From Candidatus Latescibacterota bacterium (GTDB taxonomy: Bacteria > Latescibacterota > UBA2968 > UBA8231), in contig CBDETY010000003.1 in assembly GCA_965243025.1 (NCBI GenBank), positions 2,592,001 to 2,656,000 on the forward strand: 64,000 bases of DNA, written 5' to 3'. The notes under the pieces were generated by a model. That model worked only from the letters and a program-made list of their open reading frames with translations. It ran no database searches and had not been told where the DNA came from. Positions within the stretch are counted from its first letter, which is position 1. Every line of letters begins with the position of its first letter. The translations under genes and the position numbers were made by a program. This document shows positions 37,477-45,919 of this stretch, in pieces.

Positions 37477-38709
37477 ATGAAAATCACGAAAATCGACATA
37501 ATTCCGATTCGGCCCCGGCTCGCCAGTCGCTATAGAGGAAGGGAAGTGAGATTCCAGGGTGTCGAACACCGCACCGTATACAAGCTGCAAACGGACAACG
37601 GCCTGGTGGGCTACGGCGACCATCGCCTCGGCGGGCTGCCCCGGGCAGCAGTGGAGCCGCTCATCGGCCGTGACCCTTTTGATTTCATCAACAACACTCT
37701 CGACCCTGGTCTGGGCGGAGCGCTCTACGACCTCATGGGCAAATACCTCGGAGTGCCGGCCTACAAGCTCATGGGACAGAAGGTGCGCGATGCCGTGTCG
37801 GTTGCGGCCTGGACGGCGCAGTCATCGCCCGCTGAGTTCGCCAGCGAGATCGAGCGAGCCGCGGCGCAGGGCTATCGGGTTTTCAAGATGCACACCGCGG
37901 CGTTCCACGATGTGGTGGAGCAGACGCGCGCTGCCGAAGAAGTGGCGCCGAGAGGTTTCAAGATTCACTACGACTTCAATGGCAACCGGACGCTGGCCAC
38001 AGTACTGCCCCTCATCAAGGAGCTGGAATCACATCCGGTCGTAGGCCATATCGAGGATCCCCTGCCGAAAAGCGATCTGGACAGCTGGTGCAGGCTGCGG
38101 GACAAGGTCGCGATCCCCCTGATTTTCCACGTGGCGGCCGGGCACGACGGCCTCCAGGAAGTGACGGCCGGAGTGGCCGACACCTACCTCTTCAGCGGCG
38201 TGTCGATCGGCGATACCCTCGTATCCGGCTTTGCCTGCGCCCGCGCAAACGCGCAGGTCCTGTTGCAGCTCACCGGCGGTACGCTTGCCAAGGCTTTCGC
38301 GCTGCATATCGCGGCTGTATTGCCCACGGCGACAGGTCACTCCATCCATCTGGATGACCAGTACGAGGACGACGTCACGCGAGAGAGAATCCCCGTTACC
38401 GAGGGGTGCTCCCCGGTGCCGCAAGGGCCCGGCCTGGGCGTCGAGGTGGACGAGGAGAAGCTGTCGGAACTGGCGGCGAAAAGCTCAGAGGGTCCCGCGG
38501 AGTCGTCGAGAAACATCGGCATTCTACACCTGCCAGGCGGCCGGAAACTGTACACTTCGGCAACACCTGCCATAACCGCGATGACCGGGCGTGAAGAGGG
38601 TGCTGTTCGAGGCATCCGAATGGAGTTGTGGGAGGACGATGATTCAGAGGAATTCGGGCGGGTTTACGAGCGCATCGACAGGGAGGGCGTCTTCGAGGCC
38701 GGCGACTGA
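37477..38709 (+). CDS. Mandelate racemase/muconate lactonizing enzyme family protein
   Basis: MKITKIDII, ALYDLMGK, FKMH, YDFN, IEDP and GPGLGVEVDE. RBS GAGGA. Confidence 0.85.
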   Translation: MKITKIDIIPIRPRLASRYRGREVRFQGVEHRTVYKLQTDNGLVGYGDHRLGGLPRAAVEPLIGRDPFDFINNTLDPGLGGALYDLMGKYLGVPAYKLMGQKVRDAVSVAAWTAQSSPAEFASEIERAAAQGYRVFKMHTAAFHDVVEQTRAAEEVAPRGFKIHYDFNGNRTLATVLPLIKELESHPVVGHIEDPLPKSDLDSWCRLRDKVAIPLIFHVAAGHDGLQEVTAGVADTYLFSGVSIGDTLVSGFACARANAQVLLQLTGGTLAKAFALHIAAVLPTATGHSIHLDDQYEDDVTRERIPVTEGCSPVPQGPGLGVEVDEEKLSELAAKSSEGPAESSRNIGILHLPGGRKLYTSATPAITAMTGREEGAVRGIRMELWEDDDSEEFGRVYERIDREGVFEAGD

Positions 38710-38825
38710 GGTAAAAGAATCGTCGATTTTCGACAGCTGATCGCCCTGCCCCGCTCTCACCCGGACCCTCATGTCGGCCCGGAACGTACATTTTCCTGTC
38801 ACCCTGAACGTGGACATGCTTTGGC

Positions 38826-39977
38826 TCATATATCCGGCCTCAGCTCCAGTGCGAGGGTGCGAAAATCTACCACCCGATGAAGGGTCACCAGATTGGTGTC
38901 GTGCTGGTTCTTCCCCCCTTGCGAGGTACGCGCTACCACCAGCAGGTCGTCTCCATCTATTAATTGTGAAGCATAACTGAAGGATTCGAGCGGACTACGG
39001 CTCATCGCCACACAACCGGCGTCGAACCAGTTAAGGGCATCCAGACTGTACATGAGGATAAGGATGCGGCGCTCGTTTCCCGGAGCCCCGGCGAATCCGA
39101 TCTTTTTAAGAGGCTCTCTATCCTGCCAGGTGTTGGTAGGTCGAGTCACCGTCGTCCAGAAGAGACCGCTGGCATCATCATAAACGATGTAGAATTTACA
39201 TTGAGCTCCCGGCATCGGGTAGAACTGCAGGAAGCGATAGCTTAACTGCTTACCATCATCCTCCAAGCCACACACCGCCGCCAGCCCTGCAGTAGAGTGA
39301 GCATCGATAATTGTTCGCAGGATCACGCGGATCTCACCGCCAACATCGATGACGTTTCCTTCAAGCCAGCTGTCCTCAGCGATTTTGTCCTCGAAGCTGG
39401 GTTTGTAAAAGCCCCTGGCAAGGGCAGGAGGAACGCCGGGGAAGTCCAGGTGATTGGACATTCTCCAGGCGGAGGGGTCGAGCAGATCTCCCGACTGGTC
39501 GCCGGCTATTACCAAAGAATTCCACTCGCTGCGGTGGCCGGTCGGACAGGTCTCGAAAGCGCTGTAAACAAAACCGTCTTTCATCACAACGGGGGTCGGA
39601 GCGCTGTGGAAACGTCCCTCGTACAAAACATTTTCCTGGGTGAAGGTCTCTCCCCCGTCACCCGAACGCGAGATGACGATCTCGCGCGATTTGGGTCTAC
39701 TTCCTATCACATAAAGGAAATCATCGTGAACGAAAAGCGACGGCCAGGTGATGCTCAGACTTGCCTTTTCGCTCCAGCTTTCTCCACGGTCATCGCTCAC
39801 AAGGATCTTGAACTGACCGGGGAGGCTTGTGGCGACCGGCGAGGGGCGGAACCACTCGAAGCTTGCGATCATCCGGCCGGACGATAATCTCGTCAGCATC
39901 GGCGAGCCGGTGTAGAGGTTTTGCGGGTTCGAGGTACGAACAACGGTAGTAAAATCCTGGGCGAGGATGGTTGTCAT
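38826..39977 (-). CDS. Sialidase-like (BNR/Asp-box) glycoside hydrolase
   Basis: Asp-boxes SDDRGESW and SGDGGETF, WLEGNV, HDTN tail. RBS AAGGAGGG before MTTILAQD. Confidence 0.75.
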   Translation of the reverse strand: MTTILAQDFTTVVRTSNPQNLYTGSPMLTRLSSGRMIASFEWFRPSPVATSLPGQFKILVSDDRGESWSEKASLSITWPSLFVHDDFLYVIGSRPKSREIVISRSGDGGETFTQENVLYEGRFHSAPTPVVMKDGFVYSAFETCPTGHRSEWNSLVIAGDQSGDLLDPSAWRMSNHLDFPGVPPALARGFYKPSFEDKIAEDSWLEGNVIDVGGEIRVILRTIIDAHSTAGLAAVCGLEDDGKQLSYRFLQFYPMPGAQCKFYIVYDDASGLFWTTVTRPTNTWQDREPLKKIGFAGAPGNERRILILMYSLDALNWFDAGCVAMSRSPLESFSYASQLIDGDDLLVVARTSQGGKNQHDTNLVTLHRVVDFRTLALELRPDI

Positions 39978-40064
39978 TGTAATCCCTCCTTGTTTTAACG
40001 AGGTTGGACGATTTGGGCGGGGTTGGCGGTGGCAACCCAGGCCGGTAGCAGTGGAGAGGTCAAC

Positions 40065-41114
40065 ATGAGCCGCAATCGCGACAAACTGCCGGTGCACACC
40101 ATCCGAGGCACCGAAACACAATGTGGCCGCCAGTATGGCGAGCGCTGGGCGACGGAGATGCTCGGCTTCTACTACCAGGAGGTCTCCCCGTCGACGGAAA
40201 ATCTGAGCTATGCCCGCCGTTGCTGGAAACATGTGGAGCGCTCGGCGCGGCGTTCGGCACTCTTCATGAAGGGCCTTGCCGGCGGGTCCGGGCTCACCCT
40301 CGATCAGGTCTGCCTCCTCGCCCTGCATGAGGAGATCCATCACACGCCCCACTGCACAGCCTTCGCCGCTGCCGGCAGCGCAACGCGAGGTCGAAAGACC
40401 CTCGTGGCGATGAACTGGGACTGGGGAGCTCAGCTGTATCCCTGGGCCGGCTTGCTGCGCCTGGCGCCCGAGGGCAGTCCGCGCGTCCTCACGTATCATT
40501 TTCCCGGTCTGTGGGCAGGAGCCGGCATCAACGAACACGGCATGTCCCTCATGTGGACGAGCTCGGGGCTGATGCCGCGACTCCAACCCGAAGTCGGAGT
40601 GCCCACCTATGTCGTCATCGCTGAGATCCTGCGCCGCAAAACCGTGAACGCCGCCCTGCGCTGGCTCGACTCTGTCGAACACGCCGGCTGTTTCATCTTC
40701 TTCCTCGGTGACACCGACGGGACGATCGCCGTGGTTGAGGGTCAGCCCGGTTACACTGCCGTCGACCAGTCAGCTGATGCGCTGAGCCGCGCCAATCACT
40801 ATATGTGTGAGGGCGCCATTCGAGCGTCCGGTCAGCGCCTCGAACGCGGCTCTGCTTCTACCACCGCATACCGCGGACAGCGGATGGCGAAACTCCTCGA
40901 CGAACGGCGCCCCCTTGGAGTTCCGGCCGCCAGAAGCATCCTCACCGACCGCGACGGTCCCGGTCCCTGGATCCATCAGCTGCCGTTTGGCAGACACCGA
41001 TTAACCCGCAACGGCATGACCCTCGACAGCCTCCTCGCCTCCTGTGAGGACCGCGCTCTCTACACCTGCCGCGGAGGTCGAGAACCCGGTCCCTGGCAGC
41101 GCGTTCGGGTTTAA
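40065..41114 (+). CDS. C45 family Ntn-hydrolase (acyl-CoA:6-APA acyltransferase-like)
   Basis: G.QYGE, EE...HCTAF (Cys nucleophile), MNWDW, GINEHG and ANHY. Confidence 0.85.
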   Translation: MSRNRDKLPVHTIRGTETQCGRQYGERWATEMLGFYYQEVSPSTENLSYARRCWKHVERSARRSALFMKGLAGGSGLTLDQVCLLALHEEIHHTPHCTAFAAAGSATRGRKTLVAMNWDWGAQLYPWAGLLRLAPEGSPRVLTYHFPGLWAGAGINEHGMSLMWTSSGLMPRLQPEVGVPTYVVIAEILRRKTVNAALRWLDSVEHAGCFIFFLGDTDGTIAVVEGQPGYTAVDQSADALSRANHYMCEGAIRASGQRLERGSASTTAYRGQRMAKLLDERRPLGVPAARSILTDRDGPGPWIHQLPFGRHRLTRNGMTLDSLLASCEDRALYTCRGGREPGPWQRVRV

Positions 41115-41510
41115 CAGCCACGGAAAACCGATGACAGATCTTCGCCAGGAGCGGGTCACCCTCTCCGATCCGTGGGTACCGAGAGTGGGGCGGGCGAGTG
41201 CGGGACTGCCGCAGCTCTCGTCCTGCCACAGCAACGCGCCCACCGTCTGGCCTGGGCAACACTCCTGGCCGGAGTGTTCGCGCCCGGAAGCGACATTCAA
41301 TCCCTACCGAGCCATCGAGACCGCCCGATTGATGGATCGGGAGACCATCTGATTCAGCCTCTCCTCGCCGCCCCTCGACACTGCCTGATTTTCGGCCCAT
41401 ACTGCCTCGTCCAAAGTAAGACTATCTCTTACCCTAGCCAGAACGTCAGCCCGAATCGATCGGTCCAACACCTTTTCGATTTCTCTTTCTGACAGTCCCC
41501 TTAATCTGAG

Positions 41511-42275
41511 ATGCGCGACGTCAGCGACCTGCACTGGAGCGTCGACTACACGGCCCAGACGGATCACTGGGACGTCCGGTCCGAGCTCTCACAGCCTTTA
41601 TCCGAAGCCCTCTCCTCCCCATCTGTCGATCCAAACGCATCCGCCAAGACGCACGGCTATACGATCCTCCCCAACTTCTGGTGTGGCTACAATCCGGACG
41701 AGACGCACAGCGCCCAATTCAGCATCGGATCACTCCTCGTCGAGCGAACACTGGCCGAATCCGGATGGCGTTATCGCGTCACCCACGATAACAGGCCGAG
41801 CGGCGAGCGCCTCACCCTCGACTTCACCTGCGGCGACGAACCGCTCCATCCACTCCGCAGCCCCTGGCGGATTCTGGCACGTAACGACGCTGACGGCGTT
41901 TACAGCGAAATCGACTGGAAGGGATCGATCGAGGGGGCGACGATCTCGCTCACCACCTCGCGTGGACTCTCGTTCGAAGCAGGTGAGGTGCCGCCCGGCA
42001 CGCCGCTCACGACCATCTGGGCTCTCGTCGACGTCCTCCCGACACTGACCGGCGGGGCCGATGGATTCTCCATCCTCGAAGACCTCGAAACGCTAAAACT
42101 CGGCTGCCGGATCCACCCCCTCGAGACGTGGACCTTCGAATCACACACGTTGACTGGACACGTGCTTTCCGGCGAAGGCCTGCCACCCTCATACTGGTGG
42201 CTGACCGAGTCCGGCGACGTCGCCCTCGTTTCCACGATCTTCTCCACCTACGTCCTCTGCGAGCGAGGCACGTGA
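41511..42275 (+). CDS. Hypothetical protein
   Basis: 254-aa ORF whose stop overlaps the sulfatase start; plausible codon usage; no recognised motif. Confidence 0.6.
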   Translation: MRDVSDLHWSVDYTAQTDHWDVRSELSQPLSEALSSPSVDPNASAKTHGYTILPNFWCGYNPDETHSAQFSIGSLLVERTLAESGWRYRVTHDNRPSGERLTLDFTCGDEPLHPLRSPWRILARNDADGVYSEIDWKGSIEGATISLTTSRGLSFEAGEVPPGTPLTTIWALVDVLPTLTGGADGFSILEDLETLKLGCRIHPLETWTFESHTLTGHVLSGEGLPPSYWWLTESGDVALVSTIFSTYVLCERGT

Positions 42276-43693
42276 TGGACCGGCCGAACATCCTCTTCAT
42301 CAACACCGACCAGCAGACGTGGAACGTCGTCTCGGCCTACGGCAATCCTCACGTCCGAACGCCCCACATGGATCGCCTGCACCGGAACGGGACCTCCTTC
42401 ATGCGGAGCTATTGTGCCGATCCGGTCTGCTCGGCCTCACGTGCCAGTTGGATGACCGGACGGTACACATCCGAGAACGGCGTCTGCTTCAACGCCGGCC
42501 TGATGCACGAGGGCATTCCCGATCTGGGACAGATCCTGAGCAGGAACGGCTACGACGCCGTCCACTGCGGGAAGTGGCACATCGGCGGTCGGTCGATGAG
42601 AGACAGCTTCCAAAACCTCTACACGGGCAACTGTGACATCGCTGCGGGAGGAGCGGAGTACTACGATCGCGTCTCCACCCACGCTCTGATCGACTTCCTT
42701 GACAGCCGTAATTCGTCGAAGCCGTTCTATCTCCAGATCGGCCTCGTCAACCCCCACGACATCTGCGAGTACGAGCACAACCACGAGGTCAAAGCGATCC
42801 CCGGCCCGGAAACGCAAGGGTTTTCTCCCGACGCACTCCCGCCCCTGCCTGAGAATTTTGATTACGACGAACGGGAGACGGTCGTCCAGCAGGTCTTCCG
42901 TCGCGGCAACCAGCCGCTGATTCATCACCGAATCGTGAACGGAATCGCTGACTGGACGGACAACCAGTGGCGCTTTCTGGCGTGGAACCACGCCCGATTC
43001 ACCGAAATGGCCGATCACCAGATCGGCTTGATCCTCAACGCGCTCGAGAGAAGTCCCTTCCGGGACGACACGCTGATCATCTTCATGGCCGACCACGGTG
43101 AAGCAAACGGGCAGCATCGGACGTTCCAGAAGTTCGCGCTTTACGAAGAGAGCATCCGCGTGCCCACCATCGTCGCAACCCTTGGCGATCGTCTGGACGT
43201 GGGAAGCGGGGGATTCGACCGGGAGCACTTCGTGTCGGGCGTCGACTTCCTCCCGACCGTCCTCGACTACGCAGCTGTCGACGCGCCTGACGATGTGCAA
43301 GGCAGAAGCCTGCGTCCCCTCCTCGAGAGGGGTGCCTCAGACTGGCCCGAATATGCCTACGTGGAGAGCAACTACTGGGGCCGTGCGATCATCACCGGGC
43401 GGTTCAAGTACGTCACCGAGTACAGGCCGACCGAACCCGAGGACTTCATCCCTCCAGGACCGGACCCCGACGCCCTCGGCCTGGAGCAGCTGTTCGATCT
43501 CGACAACGACCCGTGGGAGACGAAGAACATCGCCTCGGAACCCGAGTTTGCGGACGCCGTCGGATCGTGTCGAGCGAAACTTCTCGAACACGAAAGCAGA
43601 CTGGTTCGGCGACCGCTTCGTGACGGCAGTCCTCGTGACAGAGTGATCGAATGGGGCGACGCCCTCCGCCAACGCTGGGCCACGTCCGAATGA
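42275..43693 (+). CDS. Sulfatase-like hydrolase (S1 family, CxAxR variant)
   Basis: RPNILFINTDQ, TPHMDRL, CSASRASWMTGRY, GKWH, ADHG, YEESIRVP and LFDL..DP.E..N. Confidence 0.92.
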   Translation: MDRPNILFINTDQQTWNVVSAYGNPHVRTPHMDRLHRNGTSFMRSYCADPVCSASRASWMTGRYTSENGVCFNAGLMHEGIPDLGQILSRNGYDAVHCGKWHIGGRSMRDSFQNLYTGNCDIAAGGAEYYDRVSTHALIDFLDSRNSSKPFYLQIGLVNPHDICEYEHNHEVKAIPGPETQGFSPDALPPLPENFDYDERETVVQQVFRRGNQPLIHHRIVNGIADWTDNQWRFLAWNHARFTEMADHQIGLILNALERSPFRDDTLIIFMADHGEANGQHRTFQKFALYEESIRVPTIVATLGDRLDVGSGGFDREHFVSGVDFLPTVLDYAAVDAPDDVQGRSLRPLLERGASDWPEYAYVESNYWGRAIITGRFKYVTEYRPTEPEDFIPPGPDPDALGLEQLFDLDNDPWETKNIASEPEFADAVGSCRAKLLEHESRLVRRPLRDGSPRDRVIEWGDALRQRWATSE

Positions 43694-43773
43694 CGCAACC
43701 ACCCCACTACTCGAACCGCCCAGGTCCAGGTGGGAGATCGAACCGGTTGAGTAGAGGAAGCAGCGCGCGCGGG

Positions 43774-45711
43774 TCAGAAAGGGCCGGCGCTGGCAGGTTC
43801 GTTCACGTAGCGCTGCGTACCCAGCTCGAGGGTCATCTCTGTCCCGGCCGGCAGCGCCACCTGCAGGTGCCTGCCGTTCACCGAAATCCGGCGCCTCTCC
43901 GCCGTGGTGGGGTCGGGCGCATAGCGGTTGGGGGGGCCCGGATAAGGGCTCGCCAACGCGTCGTACTCCGCGTCCGTGAACCGGTGCTCTCCGTAGCCGC
44001 CGGCCTGAACGATCAGCTCACGGTCCTCTTGCGGGTTGAGATTGACGAGGCGGACTACGGTGCGGTCGGCCTCCAACTTCTCGACCAGGGCGGCGACATC
44101 CTCGGGAAGTCCCGGCCGTCTGGCCCCACGGTCGAAGTAACGCAACCGGCAGTGGAGGAGGCCGCCGTTGTAGATCGGCTGCGGGGCGCCGAGGGTCAGC
44201 TGGATGAGGGCCTCGGACGAAACCGGGTTCGTGTCTTGCCAGCGGTGGACGTCGCGAAGGGTGCCGACTTCGGTCTCGGCGCGAACCAGAGCGAGGCGCC
44301 AGGCCACCTGCTGGTAGCTGGCCTGCAGGATGCATTCGGGATAGTCCGGGTTGGCGCCGGCCAGGAAACGCAGCCAGGGTTGTTCGTGGATTGAGTCCTC
44401 CTTGCTGCGGAAGGAGACGACGGTATTCCAGTCGTAGGCCTCGGCTTTTCGCACGCGCTCGATGCGCTGCCAATCCTCGTCAGCCATCGACAGGTTCCAA
44501 AGCGCTGCGAGGAAGACGGGTGAAGGGGGCTGCCAGTCGAACCAGCCGGCGTCGCCGTAACGGTACGGCACCAGCAAGGTCTCCGTGCGCTCGCCCATGG
44601 CCGTGAACTGGCCGATCCAGTGGTGTCTCAGACTCATGTGCTCGCGCCGGACATCGCGAATCTGCCCCAGCTCGAGTATCCGGTCCATCTGACGCCGCGG
44701 AAATTCCAGGTAGCGGTTGTCCCGCGTCAGCAGATAGGCATTGGCGGCTGCGACGGTCACCGTCATCTGCAGGTTGTACCAGCCGTGATAGAGCGTCCAG
44801 CCGTAGAATCCGCCGTGCCACTTGCCGTCGATGTATTCCCCCACCTCCCCGGAGTGACCGACGTTGTCGGGGATCAACCCGTCGTTGGCCCGCGCCCTCT
44901 CGATCCATGCGTCGGTGTACTCGACAACCCAGTCGCGATACTTCTCCTCGCCGGTGAGCAGGAAGGCGTTCGTGACCAGACTCGAGATCGCGAGGTTGGC
45001 GGGCACGTCCCCTCTGTACCAGCGTCCGTGAACGGCTTCGCCCACACGCCTCGCCTTTTCGTCGTCCTGCGTGTCCTTCCAGCTCTGGATGTCGGGTAGT
45101 TCGTACGTGGGCAGACCGTAGTTCTCGCGCGCGCGAAACGGCTGCGGCTGCGCGTCAGTCGGTGTCCGGCGAGCGCCGCCCGAGCCGTTGAACGGCGACA
45201 GGATGATCCGGTGCTCGCGATCGTAGTTGATGGCTTCGGGATCCTCGTTCAGGTAGAATCCGGCGAAGCGCCGCGCCCGTATGGCGAGGCTGGCGTTGGC
45301 CGGATCGGCCATGCACAGGTGGTAGAAGAAGATGTCGCTCTCCGACTGGTGGAACTGGTCTTCGCACCGGGCGTACTCCTTGTGCACGGTACCGCACCGG
45401 GTGAGCTGTCGCGTGATCCCTTCCCAGCCGCGATGCGCCATTTCCAGCAGATGGCCGCCACCCCCCATCAGGTAGAGGAGGGGCCAGCTGAAGAACGCCT
45501 CGTAGAAATCGTCGGGGCTGCTGCCGCCGAAACCATAATCGTCGGGGCTGACGCCGCCGATACTGTCGTCCCAGTACAGCTCGCCGTCGTCGCGCACGTA
45601 CCGGTCCCAGAAGGGAAGGGCCGATCTCTCCATGGTCTGCAGCAGGAGACGCTGCTGGACAGCCCATGAGGGTGGGGTGGTGACGGGTACGCTGGCCGTA
45701 ATCTTCTCCAT
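43774..45711 (-). CDS. Conserved hypothetical protein (possible alpha/alpha-toroid glycosidase/lyase-like)
   Basis: 645 aa, RBS GAGGAG, motifs DDFYE, DQFHQSE, IPDNVG, W.GGFYGW and RPGLPEDVAALV. No signal peptide. Confidence 0.7.
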   Translation of the reverse strand: MEKITASVPVTTPPSWAVQQRLLLQTMERSALPFWDRYVRDDGELYWDDSIGGVSPDDYGFGGSSPDDFYEAFFSWPLLYLMGGGGHLLEMAHRGWEGITRQLTRCGTVHKEYARCEDQFHQSESDIFFYHLCMADPANASLAIRARRFAGFYLNEDPEAINYDREHRIILSPFNGSGGARRTPTDAQPQPFRARENYGLPTYELPDIQSWKDTQDDEKARRVGEAVHGRWYRGDVPANLAISSLVTNAFLLTGEEKYRDWVVEYTDAWIERARANDGLIPDNVGHSGEVGEYIDGKWHGGFYGWTLYHGWYNLQMTVTVAAANAYLLTRDNRYLEFPRRQMDRILELGQIRDVRREHMSLRHHWIGQFTAMGERTETLLVPYRYGDAGWFDWQPPSPVFLAALWNLSMADEDWQRIERVRKAEAYDWNTVVSFRSKEDSIHEQPWLRFLAGANPDYPECILQASYQQVAWRLALVRAETEVGTLRDVHRWQDTNPVSSEALIQLTLGAPQPIYNGGLLHCRLRYFDRGARRPGLPEDVAALVEKLEADRTVVRLVNLNPQEDRELIVQAGGYGEHRFTDAEYDALASPYPGPPNRYAPDPTTAERRRISVNGRHLQVALPAGTEMTLELGTQRYVNEPASAGPF

Positions 45712-45919
45712 GCTCTCCTCGCGGTGATGTCATTTACCGGTAGTGTGTGAATGGCGACCGGATTCGAGTGACTTGCGCAGCTCATCCCTGCTGACCCCGA
45801 TCTCACCGGGGCGCCAGCGCACCTTGCACACGTCGAGCCAACCTGTGATCGTTTCGGTGTCGTCTTCGCAGTGCCATGCGACGACGAGCGCCGAGGGCAT
45901 GTGTGGCGGCTTTCCGGGT

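Noticed and set aside
39978-40682. N-terminal extension of the 618-aa ORF
   Set aside because: Antisense to the C45 gene; a strong RBS marks the start at 39977.
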